Assembly (NCBI GenBank): GCA_043811375.1
Contig: JBDRNJ010000031.1
Coordinates: 1 to 64,000 of the forward strand
Reading direction: 5' to 3'
Length of the DNA: 64,000 nt
DNA from: a bacterium
GTDB taxonomy: Bacteria > Zixibacteria > MSB-5A5 > GN15 > FEB-12
Each line of letters opens with the position of its first letter. Within the stretch, counting starts at the first letter, position 1. The position numbers were made by a program, and so were the translations under genes. The notes under the pieces were generated by a model. The model made no database searches, was not told where the DNA came from, and saw nothing but the letters and a program-made list of their open reading frames with translations. Positions 1 through 9,345 of the stretch are shown piece by piece.

Positions 1-156
1 TCCGACGAAGAGTCAGATTAATCGACTCTTTTCGGGATGAACAAAGCTGTGAAAGGATAGTATACACTCAGGTAATTGAACTGAACCAAAGACTCAGGGA
101 AAACCACATAACTCAATTTACACAATAATCCTTGCACTACCAATATCACTCCGGGC

Positions 157-185
157 TTGACAGCGTATAGCAGTTCGGGTATACT
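157..185 (+). promoter_or_regulatory. sigma-70-type promoter upstream of the cohesin-like gene
   Basis: TTGACA (157-162), 17-bp spacer, TATACT (180-185). Confidence 0.7.
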
Positions 186-282
186 GTGAGTGGTATTCCA
201 AGCTGGAATTCAGCCGTGAAGGAACGGGCAAGACACATACGTAAATATAGAGCCCATCACATTGTTTCAGGAGGAGAGGAGT

Positions 283-1167
283 ATGAGAGGTAGCAAACTT
301 TTCACAACAGTGCTGCTTTGTTTGTCGTTGCTGACGGTGTCGGCCAGCGCCAAGTACAAAGTGGAGATTGAGACTGTGCCGCAGGCCAATTTCGGGCAGA
401 GTATTGTGGTCGATGTCTCAATTGAACCCGAGGGTACCGCTACGGACCTGGGAGGGTTTGAACTCTGGGTGAGTTACGATCCGGGGAAACTGGAGTACGT
501 AAGCACTCAACAGGGTGATTTATTGACAGATTGCGCCTGGGAGATGTTCCAGGCTGGTCTTGAACCAGGTACCTTTTTACCCTGTTGTGTTGACTGCGAC
601 AATGTCAAGCTTGTCCAGTTTGTTTCAATAGCTGACATGAATAACGGGACGCCGCATCCCTCATGCTACGCGCCGACCGTGAAAACTTCCCTGGCGAAAA
701 TAACGTTTCAGGTCACCAGCGAGGAAGAAGTGTTCACCCCCATATATTTCTACTGGAGAACCGGCGAAGAATGCTCCGATAACTCGTTCTCCAACCAGTT
801 GGGCACGGCGTCGCTCATTGGCGACGGCGTCTATGACAACGGGCTGTTCAACTGCAGCGGCCCGGACCCCAGTTGCGAAAACCCACCCGGGGCCGTGGCC
901 GATATCGATTTCTACGGAGGCGGTGTCTACCTGGCCGGGTCCTTCCGCGGCGATGTCAACCGCAACGACATCCCGTACGATTTGGGTGACTATATGGTGT
1001 TCGAACAGTATTTTTTTAGTGGACTCTCTGCGTTTCGCATAAACATAGCCGAGCAGATTGCCGCCACCGACGTCAACTGCGACGGTTCTCCTTTGACTAT
1101 GGCTGACCTCATTCTGCTTCAGCGGATTATCGCGGAGATACAGGCGCCTCCGTCATGCGGGGAATAG
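283..1167 (+). CDS. Secreted cohesin-like domain protein with C-terminal dockerin-type (EF-hand-like) repeats
   Basis: ATG 283 after GAGGAG; signal peptide (LLCLSLLTVSASA); cohesin-like pattern (VDVSI..LGGFELWVSYDPGKLEYVS..LAKITFQV); paired GDVNRND / DVNCDG motifs. Confidence 0.65.
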   Translation: MRGSKLFTTVLLCLSLLTVSASAKYKVEIETVPQANFGQSIVVDVSIEPEGTATDLGGFELWVSYDPGKLEYVSTQQGDLLTDCAWEMFQAGLEPGTFLPCCVDCDNVKLVQFVSIADMNNGTPHPSCYAPTVKTSLAKITFQVTSEEEVFTPIYFYWRTGEECSDNSFSNQLGTASLIGDGVYDNGLFNCSGPDPSCENPPGAVADIDFYGGGVYLAGSFRGDVNRNDIPYDLGDYMVFEQYFFSGLSAFRINIAEQIAATDVNCDGSPLTMADLILLQRIIAEIQAPPSCGE

Positions 1168-1258
1168 CTATGGCTACTTTGGATAATCCGGCTCCGACAA
1201 GCGAGCGTAAGTATTCAACCAGGTTCCATGACAATAACCCCCGAAGGAGGATGGCAAT

Positions 1259-3553
1259 ATGAATGCGATAAAATTTCTTACCCTAATAACCCTTGGTCTG
1301 CTGGTGATGGCCGGCACATCCGGGGCGAAGTATAAGGTAGCGATCAGCGAAATATCTGATGCTGCCTACAATCAGGACGTCACCGTAGATGTTACTATCG
1401 AACCGGATGGGACCGTCGAAGCCCTGGGAGGTTTCGATCTGACTATCAGTTACGACCCACTGAAGCTTCAATTCGTAAGCGCCACCCAGGGCAGCTTTCT
1501 GACCGATTGTGGTTGGGAGTATTTCTCTGGTCAACACAAGGATAACTGGGTACCTGCCTGCTGCAGTGGCTGCACCGAGGTTAAGCGTATTCGCTTTCTC
1601 TCATTTGCTGACCAGAACAATGGTCCCTATCATCCATCCTGCTATGCACCGACCGGGTTGTCACAACTGGCCCAGGTAACGTTCCACGTGCTGAGTGCTC
1701 AGGATGAAGTTACACCAATTAATTTTAATTGGGAACCAAACGAGTACCCACGGAGCTGCGGTAAAAACGTTCTGGTTGATGTTTTGGGTGACGATCTCTT
1801 TGTGGCAGACAACATCTATAACAACGGAGACTACAATTGCAGCGGTCCTAATGAACTCTGTGCCACTGCCCGGACCTTCGCTGAAGTTGACTTCTACGGC
1901 GGTTCGGTGCACCTGAACTCTCCGGGAGAATTCTACAGTGACGGCGGCAGCGGTCAAATCATCGTCAGGGAACTGAAGGTTCAACACGAATTCGTTTTGG
2001 ACAATTTCTCCATTCTGGTCTCCACCGGCACTGATTTCGACATCACTGACGTGGCCCTCGAGGCGGGAGTGACAGCAGTAGAGGAAACCTGCGATCTGGA
2101 TATATCCTGTTGGCGTATTTCTGCTGACGGATCAATTTCATGGCCGGCCACCGCCGGCGGCTGGACGACTATTGCCACTATCACCTATGAGCTGGACCAC
2201 CCCTGTTACTGCAACCACACCTATACCGACGACGTGGTGTTCAGTGAGTACTACATGCTCGACCAGTACAGCAACCCGCGTAATGTGTCCGTCAACCAGC
2301 CGGAGATCACCAGTGGCTATTGCGGCAATTGTCCGGTGACCTCGTGTCCCGTATTGTATACCTGGGACGGAACCGATTTCGTTCAGGATAACCCGCTGTT
2401 GACTGCCTGTGAGGCGTCCGAGTATCAGGACGTTGTTGTCGACCATTATCAGGTCCAGGTTCCGGTTGTCGCGATTGATGGTAGTATCCGCTTCCAGTTG
2501 CGGGAGATGGAAGATGAGATCACTTATCTCGAAGCGGTGAAGCTCTACACTATCGATCATCCCATTGGCACAGATGTGGTATGTGACGTTGACGGATACA
2601 TATACATTTACGAGGAAATCGTCGAACCACTGAGTGTCGTGGACAATAACGGTACGGATCAACTCGACGCGGTGCGCGTCTCGGATGGTGAATGGTTCAT
2701 GGCTGACGAACCCGGATATTTGATAGTCACGTTTCCGAATGTTTTCGGCAAGCGATTCGGATACAGCCTTAGTGCCATCGATAAACCGCTGTGCCGGAAG
2801 ATCACCAAGGTGGGTGAAGGCGATTCCCAGGGGCCGGGCCGACTCACCGCCGAGATTCTGGATGACAACGGTAACTGGATTCAGGTCGCCAATATTCCGC
2901 CTCGAGAAAACCTGGTTTATGAGGTGGTTACTCCCGCTCCCTACCTGACCGCCGAACAGGAAGTTATCACACTCCGCATTTCCTGGACCAACGGTTATTC
3001 AACGGATGTCATTAACCAGTTTGTTCCTTCCTATGAGGAGCCCATCATAGAGGGCTGGGAGATGTCGAATTATTCGATAAGGACGGCCGGTTCATCGGAG
3101 AAAATCTGGAACGCAGACGATGCCTCGACGCCGTTGAAGATGGTAAAAGGGGACGTGTTGGATTTCAGGTTCGCGGTGGATGAGGTCGTTGATCCGACTG
3201 TCAGGCGCGAGTATGTGGTGCGTGCTGCGGGACGATATGAACCGGACTATGCCGCTCTCACCAATCTGGTACCGAATGGCTATCAGCTTCATAACGCCTA
3301 CCCCAATCCGTTCAACCCGACGACCACAATCAGCTACGATCTGCCCCGGGGTGCCCAGGTGAAGCTGGAAGTTTATAACATCATGGGCCAGCGAGTGACC
3401 ACCCTGGTTAATACATACCAGGATGCAGGACACTATGATGTACCCTGGACCGGAGAAGCTCACAATGGACAAGCCGTGGCCAGCGGTGTTTATTTCTACC
3501 GACTTGAGGCGGGCGAGTATGTGGAAAGCAAGAGGATGCTGCTACTGAAATAG
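1259..3553 (+). CDS. Secreted protein: N-terminal cohesin-like domain, C-terminal FlgD-Ig/T9SS-type sorting domain
   Basis: Signal peptide; first ~220 aa paralogous to 283-1167; SCPVLYTWDG motif; C-terminus YPNPFNPTTTISYDLP...SGVYFYRL...KRMLLLK. Confidence 0.75.
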   Translation: MNAIKFLTLITLGLLVMAGTSGAKYKVAISEISDAAYNQDVTVDVTIEPDGTVEALGGFDLTISYDPLKLQFVSATQGSFLTDCGWEYFSGQHKDNWVPACCSGCTEVKRIRFLSFADQNNGPYHPSCYAPTGLSQLAQVTFHVLSAQDEVTPINFNWEPNEYPRSCGKNVLVDVLGDDLFVADNIYNNGDYNCSGPNELCATARTFAEVDFYGGSVHLNSPGEFYSDGGSGQIIVRELKVQHEFVLDNFSILVSTGTDFDITDVALEAGVTAVEETCDLDISCWRISADGSISWPATAGGWTTIATITYELDHPCYCNHTYTDDVVFSEYYMLDQYSNPRNVSVNQPEITSGYCGNCPVTSCPVLYTWDGTDFVQDNPLLTACEASEYQDVVVDHYQVQVPVVAIDGSIRFQLREMEDEITYLEAVKLYTIDHPIGTDVVCDVDGYIYIYEEIVEPLSVVDNNGTDQLDAVRVSDGEWFMADEPGYLIVTFPNVFGKRFGYSLSAIDKPLCRKITKVGEGDSQGPGRLTAEILDDNGNWIQVANIPPRENLVYEVVTPAPYLTAEQEVITLRISWTNGYSTDVINQFVPSYEEPIIEGWEMSNYSIRTAGSSEKIWNADDASTPLKMVKGDVLDFRFAVDEVVDPTVRREYVVRAAGRYEPDYAALTNLVPNGYQLHNAYPNPFNPTTTISYDLPRGAQVKLEVYNIMGQRVTTLVNTYQDAGHYDVPWTGEAHNGQAVASGVYFYRLEAGEYVESKRMLLLK

Positions 3554-3577
3554 GAACCAATTCAGGAGACACAATAG

Positions 3578-3612
3578 GGGACAGGTCGACAAATCGACCT
3601 GTCCCATTTTTT
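3578..3612 (+). terminator. Intrinsic terminator between convergent genes
   Basis: GGGACAGGTCGA-caaa-TCGACCTGTCCC 12-bp stem followed by ATTTTTT. Confidence 0.8.
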
Positions 3613-3631
3613 GTCTCGTCGAACGCTTCAA

Positions 3632-4630
3632 TCATAATTGTACTTGATATAAGAACCGGCTATGCCTGACCGGATCAACCAGCTTCAAGAGTTTTTCGGA
3701 CTCCTGAATTCTGCCTCTGTATAAGTCAAGATTCCCTTCTGCTTCGAATTCTGATCTTAACTCTTCTGCGACATGCTTGCCCTTTTGCCAGAGTCGCTCC
3801 TCAAGTTCTGTGTAATCCCAGACTCGAAAACGGAGACCATGCTTCTTCAGGGCTTGAGCCAACCTGGTTTTCTCCGGAAGCAGAACCTCTCTGGATTCAT
3901 CAGGTTTAATCATCTGACTGTAAAACAACCCCATCTGTCCGCTTGGCCTCAGAATCTTTTTCATGTGCGATAACGTGACTTCCAGATCATCAACGAAGTA
4001 CAGAGTATCAATAGCAATGATCGTGTCGAATGAGTCAGACGGGTAATCCAGATCATTCATATCACCTTCCCGGAAGGACAGGCGGTCTCGTTTACTTCCC
4101 GTCCGTCTTAATGCCTGTTCAATTGCTCCCATCGCATAATCGATCCCGGTAAGGTGAGCTTGCGTTACATCGGAGATGTATTCGGTTATTGTCCCTGTAC
4201 CGCAACCTAGGTCAAGCACAAGACAGTTCTCGTCAAGGTGTAGAACGTCAAGAAGTTTGTTCAGTTGCTCCATATCCATCATGTTGAACTGACAAAGGTT
4301 CTTCCCAAATACACGCTCACAAAAAGTTCCGTAAGCTTTGCTCAATTCACTTCGTGTCAGGGTGTCGGCAAATCCCTGACTGAATTGCTCCCTCTGAGCT
4401 TCCTTCGCCTGAGCCTCACCCTCACTGGTTAACGAATAGACATCATCTCTTTGCTGCAACAATCCTTTTTCCGATAGGCTTTCAAATGCTTCGGCCCAGT
4501 CAACCAGTTCATCGTCAAACAGACGCTTTCCGTATCGCTCAAGGGCTTCATGATTCGCTGTTTCTTCTTTCTTGAGGATCATTCGAAGCGTCGACAGTAG
4601 TTGTCTTTCCGCTTGGGAAAACTCTATCAT
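3632..4630 (-). CDS. Class I SAM-dependent methyltransferase
   Basis: VLDLGCGTG motif I, TGIDY, GDM, FDTII. Confidence 0.85.
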   Translation of the reverse strand: MIEFSQAERQLLSTLRMILKKEETANHEALERYGKRLFDDELVDWAEAFESLSEKGLLQQRDDVYSLTSEGEAQAKEAQREQFSQGFADTLTRSELSKAYGTFCERVFGKNLCQFNMMDMEQLNKLLDVLHLDENCLVLDLGCGTGTITEYISDVTQAHLTGIDYAMGAIEQALRRTGSKRDRLSFREGDMNDLDYPSDSFDTIIAIDTLYFVDDLEVTLSHMKKILRPSGQMGLFYSQMIKPDESREVLLPEKTRLAQALKKHGLRFRVWDYTELEERLWQKGKHVAEELRSEFEAEGNLDLYRGRIQESEKLLKLVDPVRHSRFLYQVQL

Positions 4631-5013
4631 CGGTCTATTCTCCTTTCGCCAGAATCATAATTGTGACGTGAATGACTCCGGCTTTATCCATTTCTTTCGA
4701 CCATCTGGGATGGGAGTCCCCTCTTTAGTTACCTGATGGTCTATGACCGATTCAACCTTTTTCTTTCAGACTGGCCGTAGTTCCGGGGCCGGTTTGGTTG
4801 TGACCAGTTCAACTTCCTGCAGTGAATGGAGATCGCCACGCATAAAAGGGGCTTACCTCTTTGTGAAGAAGTAAAACGCAGGTTATTCAACGGGTACACT
4901 GTGGACTGTGCGAGTTCGAAAATCCACAGGGGGTAATCAAAGTAAGTCGCTGTTTCGCAGCCACATAGAAATAAACCGGAGTATCGGTTTATAGTATCTC
5001 GCACCAGGAATGG

Positions 5014-5027
5014 TTGCATTTCTGCAA
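5014..5027. promoter_or_regulatory. TTGC-N6-GCAA palindrome upstream of the sigma-54 activator gene (putative autoregulatory site)
   Basis: TTGCATTTCTGCAA; same motif at 6407 and 6439. Confidence 0.5.
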
Positions 5028-5071
5028 TGTAAGTCGTATCATGGATTAAGAGATTGTTATACTAAACGGAT

Positions 5072-6406
5072 ATGGCAAATACAAATTTAGATACCACCGG
5101 GATAATCCTCGACTCAATAGCCGATGGCGTGTTCACGGTTGATCGCGAATGGCGGATAACATCCTTTAACAATGCTGCGGAGAAGATAACCGGCATTCTG
5201 AGAGAGGAGGCCGTCGGCCAACGGTGCTGTGATGTGTTCCATGCCTCCATCTGCGAAACAAGTTGTGCCCTTAGAGAGACTTTCGAGTCCGGGAGACCTG
5301 TAATCAACCGCGCGGTATACGTTGTTGATGCTGGTGGCAACAGAATCCCGATCAGTATTTCAACAGCGGTCTTGAAAAACAAAAACGGGGATATCATCGG
5401 TGGCGTGGAAACATTCAGGGATTTAAGTACGATTGAGGAACTCCGGCTGGAACTGGAAAAGAAGTACTCTTTTCATGACATCATCAGCAAAAACAGCGAG
5501 ATGCTTCGGGTCTTTGACATTCTTCCGGGTGTCGCCGAGAGCGACAGTATCGTGCTTATCGAAGGTGAGACCGGAACCGGCAAAGAGTTGATCGCCCGTG
5601 CCCTGCACAATCTATCGCATCGGAAGGACAAGCCATTTGTTGCCGTCAACTGCGGTGCTCTTCCCGACACTCTTCTCGAATCGGAACTCTTCGGCTACAA
5701 AGCAGGAGCTTTCACTGATGCCCGCAGAGATAAACCGGGTCGCTTTGCAATCGCCGAAACCGGGACGATATTCCTCGATGAGATTGCCGATATCTCTCCC
5801 GCCCTGCAGGTGCGCCTGCTTCGGGTTGTTCAGGAGCGTATGTATGAACCGTTAGGTGCCACGAAACCGGTTCAGGCAGATGTCCGCATTATCGTCGCTT
5901 CGAACCGGGACCTCGGTGGGCTTGTAAAATCGGGAGAGTTTCGGGAAGATCTGTACTATCGCATCAATGTGATCCGCATCAAGTTGCCGCCGCTCCGTAG
6001 TCGCAAAGAAGATATTCCTTTATTGGTAGATCATTTCATTCGCCGCTTCAACAACCTCAAGAGAAAGCTTATCGCGGAAATTTCACCTGATGCTCTGGCT
6101 GCTTTGGTGAGTCATGACTATCCGGGCAATATCAGAGAACTCGAAAACGTCATCGAACATGCCTTCGTTCTCTGCCGGGGAACTACCATCAATGTTGATG
6201 ATCTGCCGGACAACGTCAGACCCTGGGATGGCAGCACTCCAGCCAGGTCGATGTCGATGGATGATCTCGAGGCTGTCTACATAAGCGAAGCACTGAGAAA
6301 AAACAACTGGAGCAGGAAAGAAACTGCCGACGAGCTTGGAATGCACAAAACGACACTCTGGCGCAAGATGAAGAAACTGGGAATCCGTCATCCAGCCGAA
6401 TCATAG
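5072..6406 (+). CDS. PAS-domain sigma-54-dependent transcriptional activator (AAA+, Fis-type HTH)
   Basis: GETGTGKE Walker A, ESELFG, GAFTDA loop, FLDEI Walker [17 protein letters not shown]-terminal HTH. Confidence 0.92.
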   Translation: MANTNLDTTGIILDSIADGVFTVDREWRITSFNNAAEKITGILREEAVGQRCCDVFHASICETSCALRETFESGRPVINRAVYVVDAGGNRIPISISTAVLKNKNGDIIGGVETFRDLSTIEELRLELEKKYSFHDIISKNSEMLRVFDILPGVAESDSIVLIEGETGTGKELIARALHNLSHRKDKPFVAVNCGALPDTLLESELFGYKAGAFTDARRDKPGRFAIAETGTIFLDEIADISPALQVRLLRVVQERMYEPLGATKPVQADVRIIVASNRDLGGLVKSGEFREDLYYRINVIRIKLPPLRSRKEDIPLLVDHFIRRFNNLKRKLIAEISPDALAALVSHDYPGNIRELENVIEHAFVLCRGTTINVDDLPDNVRPWDGSTPARSMSMDDLEAVYISEALRKNNWSRKETADELGMHKTTLWRKMKKLGIRHPAES

Positions 6407-6452
6407 TTGCGTACATGCAACCCCACTTTCCTCGATAATTGCATAATTGCAA
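6407..6452. promoter_or_regulatory. Two TTGC-N6-GCAA palindromes, putative upstream activating sequences
   Basis: TTGCGTACATGCAA (6407-6420) and TTGCATAATTGCAA (6439-6452), 32 bp apart, 100-145 bp upstream of a sigma-54 promoter. Confidence 0.6.
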
Positions 6453-6497
6453 CCATCTGTTCTTCCTTACAATAGCAGGCAGGCCAACTCCCACCCG

Positions 6498-6510
6498 TAA
6501 GTCATTGATT
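6498..6510 (-). promoter_or_regulatory. IHF binding site
   Basis: Minus strand AATCAATGACTTA matches WATCAANNNNTTR, between UAS and promoter. Confidence 0.6.
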
Positions 6511-6550
6511 ACATTTGCATTAGAGTTGTGGTTTCGGGGCGTGATGATTC

Positions 6551-6567
6551 CGGCATGAATCGTGCTA
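6551..6567 (+). promoter_or_regulatory. sigma-54 -24/-12 promoter
   Basis: cGGcatgaatcgtGCta (GG-N10-GC), downstream of an enhancer-binding protein gene. Confidence 0.65.
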
Positions 6568-6584
6568 TAAAAGTGAACTGGATT

Positions 6585-6998
6585 ATGAAGACTGCAATTC
6601 CGATATGGAAAGGGCGTGTTTCACCAGTTATGGATACTGCGTGTCGTCTGCTTATTACTGAAACCGTAGATAGTAAGGAAATTTCACGTACAATCATTGA
6701 TATCCCTCAGGCGAATGTGTCCTACCGTGCTGGTTTTATTTCAGAGCTTGGTGTCGACGTTTTGATCTGTGGCGCCATATCGCACCAATTCGACCGGATG
6801 CTCACTGCTTTGGGAGTAAAAACAAATCCCTGGTTCCGCGGTGAAGTTGATGAAGTCATTGCCGCCCATTTGAAGGGGGTACTGCAGAATGATAATTTCT
6901 TGTTGCCCGGTTGCGGGCGGCGTCGCCGTCGGCAAAGGGGCCAGCATTGCGGACGACGCCCGGGATTCGGGGCGCGTAAACAGTTTAAGGAGGAGTGA
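6585..6998 (+). CDS. NifB/NifX family (dinitrogenase FeMo-cofactor-like) protein
   Basis: MKTAIPIWKGRVSPVMDTA...VDVLICGAIS pattern; ATG 6585 lies just downstream of the promoter. Confidence 0.75.
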   Translation: MKTAIPIWKGRVSPVMDTACRLLITETVDSKEISRTIIDIPQANVSYRAGFISELGVDVLICGAISHQFDRMLTALGVKTNPWFRGEVDEVIAAHLKGVLQNDNFLLPGCGRRRRRQRGQHCGRRPGFGARKQFKEE

Positions 6999-7360
6999 TG
7001 AGAATAGCGGTTTCATCTCAAGGATCTGATTTGACCAGCAAGGTTGACCCACGCTTCGGACGGGCACAATGCTTCCTGGTTTTTGATACAGATGACGAGA
7101 GCCTTGAAGTCGTCAATAACGACCAGAATGTGAATGCTGCACAAGGAGCCGGTATTCAGGCTGCTGAGAACGTCGTTAAGAAGAACGTGGATATTGTTGT
7201 GGCGGGCAATTTCGGTCCGAAGGCATTTCGAGCTCTTGGTGCGGCTGGTGTCAAGGTTGCGCTGTGGGCGGATGGGACGGTATCAGAGGCGATTGAACTG
7301 GCTCGGAACGATAAACTCGAGATATGCGACCAGGCCAATGTCGAGGGGCATTGGATGTAG
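6998..7360 (+). CDS. NifB/NifX family protein
   Basis: RIAVSSQG..VDPRFGRAQCF..GAGIQAA..GNFGPKAF. Confidence 0.85.
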   Translation: MRIAVSSQGSDLTSKVDPRFGRAQCFLVFDTDDESLEVVNNDQNVNAAQGAGIQAAENVVKKNVDIVVAGNFGPKAFRALGAAGVKVALWADGTVSEAIELARNDKLEICDQANVEGHWM

Positions 7361-7390
7361 TTTTCCGACTTTATCCGAAGAGGTATCATT

Positions 7391-7684
7391 ATGACACCAG
7401 GAAAACCAGATAGTGCCGGAACAGGTGCCGGTGGTCAGAGAGAGCGTAAGCGATCAAGGGGTATGTTCTCCGGCAAGGCCGGTAAGGCAATTGGTTTTAC
7501 GTCGATTGCGGCGCCTATTATCGGTTATGTCGTCAACGATCTCAAGAAACCCAACAGCATTGTCCGCAGGCTTATCGGAGGAATGGTTAGAAAGCTTCTA
7601 CCTGCGAAAACAGAAAAGGTGGAGGCGATTGATATCACCAACGAGGTTGAGATCCTCGAGGACGACAGCGACAAGAACAGTTAG
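7391..7684 (+). CDS. Hypothetical protein in the NifX operon
   Basis: GAGG RBS, co-directional, fills the operon gap. Confidence 0.55.
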   Translation: MTPGKPDSAGTGAGGQRERKRSRGMFSGKAGKAIGFTSIAAPIIGYVVNDLKKPNSIVRRLIGGMVRKLLPAKTEKVEAIDITNEVEILEDDSDKNS

Positions 7685-7719
7685 TACGACTTGGTAACCG
7701 AACACGAAAGGAGTTGAAA

Positions 7720-8151
7720 ATGCCGGGTGGAGACAGAACCGGACCCATGGGTGCCGGACCAATGACCGGACGAGGCGCCGGTATGTGCGCCGGCTACGAT
7801 GTGCCGGGATACATGAACCCTGCTTTCGGACGAGGGTTCGGAGGTGGTCGGGGACGAGGATTCGGCCACGGTTTTCAAGGCGGTGGTCGCGGTTGGCGCC
7901 ACCGTTACTACGCCACCGGATTGCCGGGATGGGCTCGTGGATACGCATATCCGCATCCTTTTCCAGCAGGATACGCGGTTGATCCCGGTGCAGCCACGAC
8001 CTCGAAATCGGCTCGGGAAGAGGAGCTTACTTATCTGAAAGATCAGGTACATCATTTCGAAGGAGTTCTTGACGATATCAGAGCGCGTGTCAATGAACTT
8101 CAGCAGCAATCGGCAGATTCAAGCAAGGTGCAGGAGAAAGAGAAGAAGTGA
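7720..8151 (+). CDS. DUF5320-like Gly/Arg-rich protein
   Basis: MPGGDRTGPMGAGPMTGRGAGMCAG N-terminus, RGG-rich middle, C-terminal coiled coil. Confidence 0.8.
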   Translation: MPGGDRTGPMGAGPMTGRGAGMCAGYDVPGYMNPAFGRGFGGGRGRGFGHGFQGGGRGWRHRYYATGLPGWARGYAYPHPFPAGYAVDPGAATTSKSAREEELTYLKDQVHHFEGVLDDIRARVNELQQQSADSSKVQEKEKK

Positions 8152-8453
8152 GAAGGGATACTTTGCCAGCAAGAAATAGTTCCGGTGGTGGTGGCGGTCA
8201 AGGTTCAGGGCAAGGACAAGGTGGTGGTCGTGGTCAAGGAGGCGGGCAAGGCTCCGGGCAAGGTCGGGGTGGTGGACAAGGTTCAGGACAGGGTCGCGGC
8301 GGTGGTCGAGGTATGGGTCGTGGTGGACGTGGTCTTGGCCCCAGTGGTGAATGCACTTGCCCTGACTGTGGTGCGACTGTTCCACATCAGCAAGGTCAGC
8401 CTTGTATTGAGGTAGACTGCCCGAAGTGTGGCCGGAAGATGACAAGGCAGTAG
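8148..8453 (+). CDS. Gly/Gln/Arg low-complexity protein with C-terminal Cys-rich Zn-ribbon-like domain
   Basis: GGGQGSGQG repeats followed by CxCPxCG...PC...CPKCG. Confidence 0.65.
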   Translation: MRRDTLPARNSSGGGGGQGSGQGQGGGRGQGGGQGSGQGRGGGQGSGQGRGGGRGMGRGGRGLGPSGECTCPDCGATVPHQQGQPCIEVDCPKCGRKMTRQ

Positions 8454-8472
8454 GGAACTGAAGAACCACACT

Positions 8473-9345
8473 CTGAAGATATCTGTCGCCAGCGGCAAGG
8501 GGGGCACGGGGAAAACCACGATTGCCACGAATCTGGCTGTTGCCGTTGCCCGGATGGGCAAGGACGTTGCCTACCTTGATTGTGATGTCGAGGAGCCGAA
8601 CGGTAGCATATTCTTAAAGCCGGAGATCAGGGAGCAATTCGATGTTACTGTTCCGGTTCCCCGGGTTGATCTCGATAAATGTACCCTCTGTGGTGAGTGT
8701 TCCGCCGCCTGCAAGTATCATGCCATTGCTGTCCTGGGAAAAACAGTGGAGGTCTTTTCTTTGCTCTGTCACGGCTGCGGGGGATGTACTGATGTCTGTC
8801 CGGAGGATGCCATTGAAGAGATCCCCAGAACCATCGGGCACATCAGTCGCGGAGCGGGGATGGGAGTCGAGTTCCTTGAGGGGCGTCTTAATGTTGGAGA
8901 AGCAGTGTCACCTCCCGTTACCAAGGCATTAAAGAAGCTCGCCATAAAGTCTGATGTTATTATTGTTGATGCTCCTCCCGGTACGTCATGTCCGGTCATC
9001 GAGGCGATCAGAGGCACCGATTTCGTTATCCTGGTAACTGAACCAACGCCGTTTGGACTGAATGATCTAAAGCTGGCCGTTGGCATGGTACGCGAGATCG
9101 ATCTGATGTTCGGCGTTGTGATCAATCGCTCGGATATCGGCGACAACAGGACCGATGAGTATTGTCACCGGGAAGAAATCGATATTTTGATGAAGATCCT
9201 CTTTGATCGCCAGGTCGCCGAGGCATACTCGCGGGGCGAGATGATGTTTGGGGTCGATTCCGAGTATGAGATAAGTCTCCGCAAGTTGTACGAAAACATC
9301 GTAGACAGGATCAACAATGACGGAATTAGTCATAGTCAGCGGTAA
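8473..9345 (+). CDS. MinD-superfamily P-loop ATPase with inserted 2x[4Fe-4S] ferredoxin (probable CTG start)
   Basis: KISVASGKGGTGKTT is in frame upstream of ATG 8554; DCDVEEPN, two CxxCxxC motifs, DAPPGTSCP, VTEPTPFG. Confidence 0.85.
   Translation: MKISVASGKGGTGKTTIATNLAVAVARMGKDVAYLDCDVEEPNGSIFLKPEIREQFDVTVPVPRVDLDKCTLCGECSAACKYHAIAVLGKTVEVFSLLCHGCGGCTDVCPEDAIEEIPRTIGHISRGAGMGVEFLEGRLNVGEAVSPPVTKALKKLAIKSDVIIVDAPPGTSCPVIEAIRGTDFVILVTEPTPFGLNDLKLAVGMVREIDLMFGVVINRSDIGDNRTDEYCHREEIDILMKILFDRQVAEAYSRGEMMFGVDSEYEISLRKLYENIVDRINNDGISHSQR

Noticed and set aside
4845..4895. Possible fifth att-like junction (GAAGTAAAACGCAGGTTATTCAACGG resembles part of junctions B/C)
   Set aside because: Short gapped similarity, no GCGGGG core at the right spacing and no conserved reading frame; could be chance.
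8170..8335. DNA tandem repeat or minisatellite
   Set aside because: Degenerate at DNA level; explained by the Gly/Gln/Arg-rich coding sequence.
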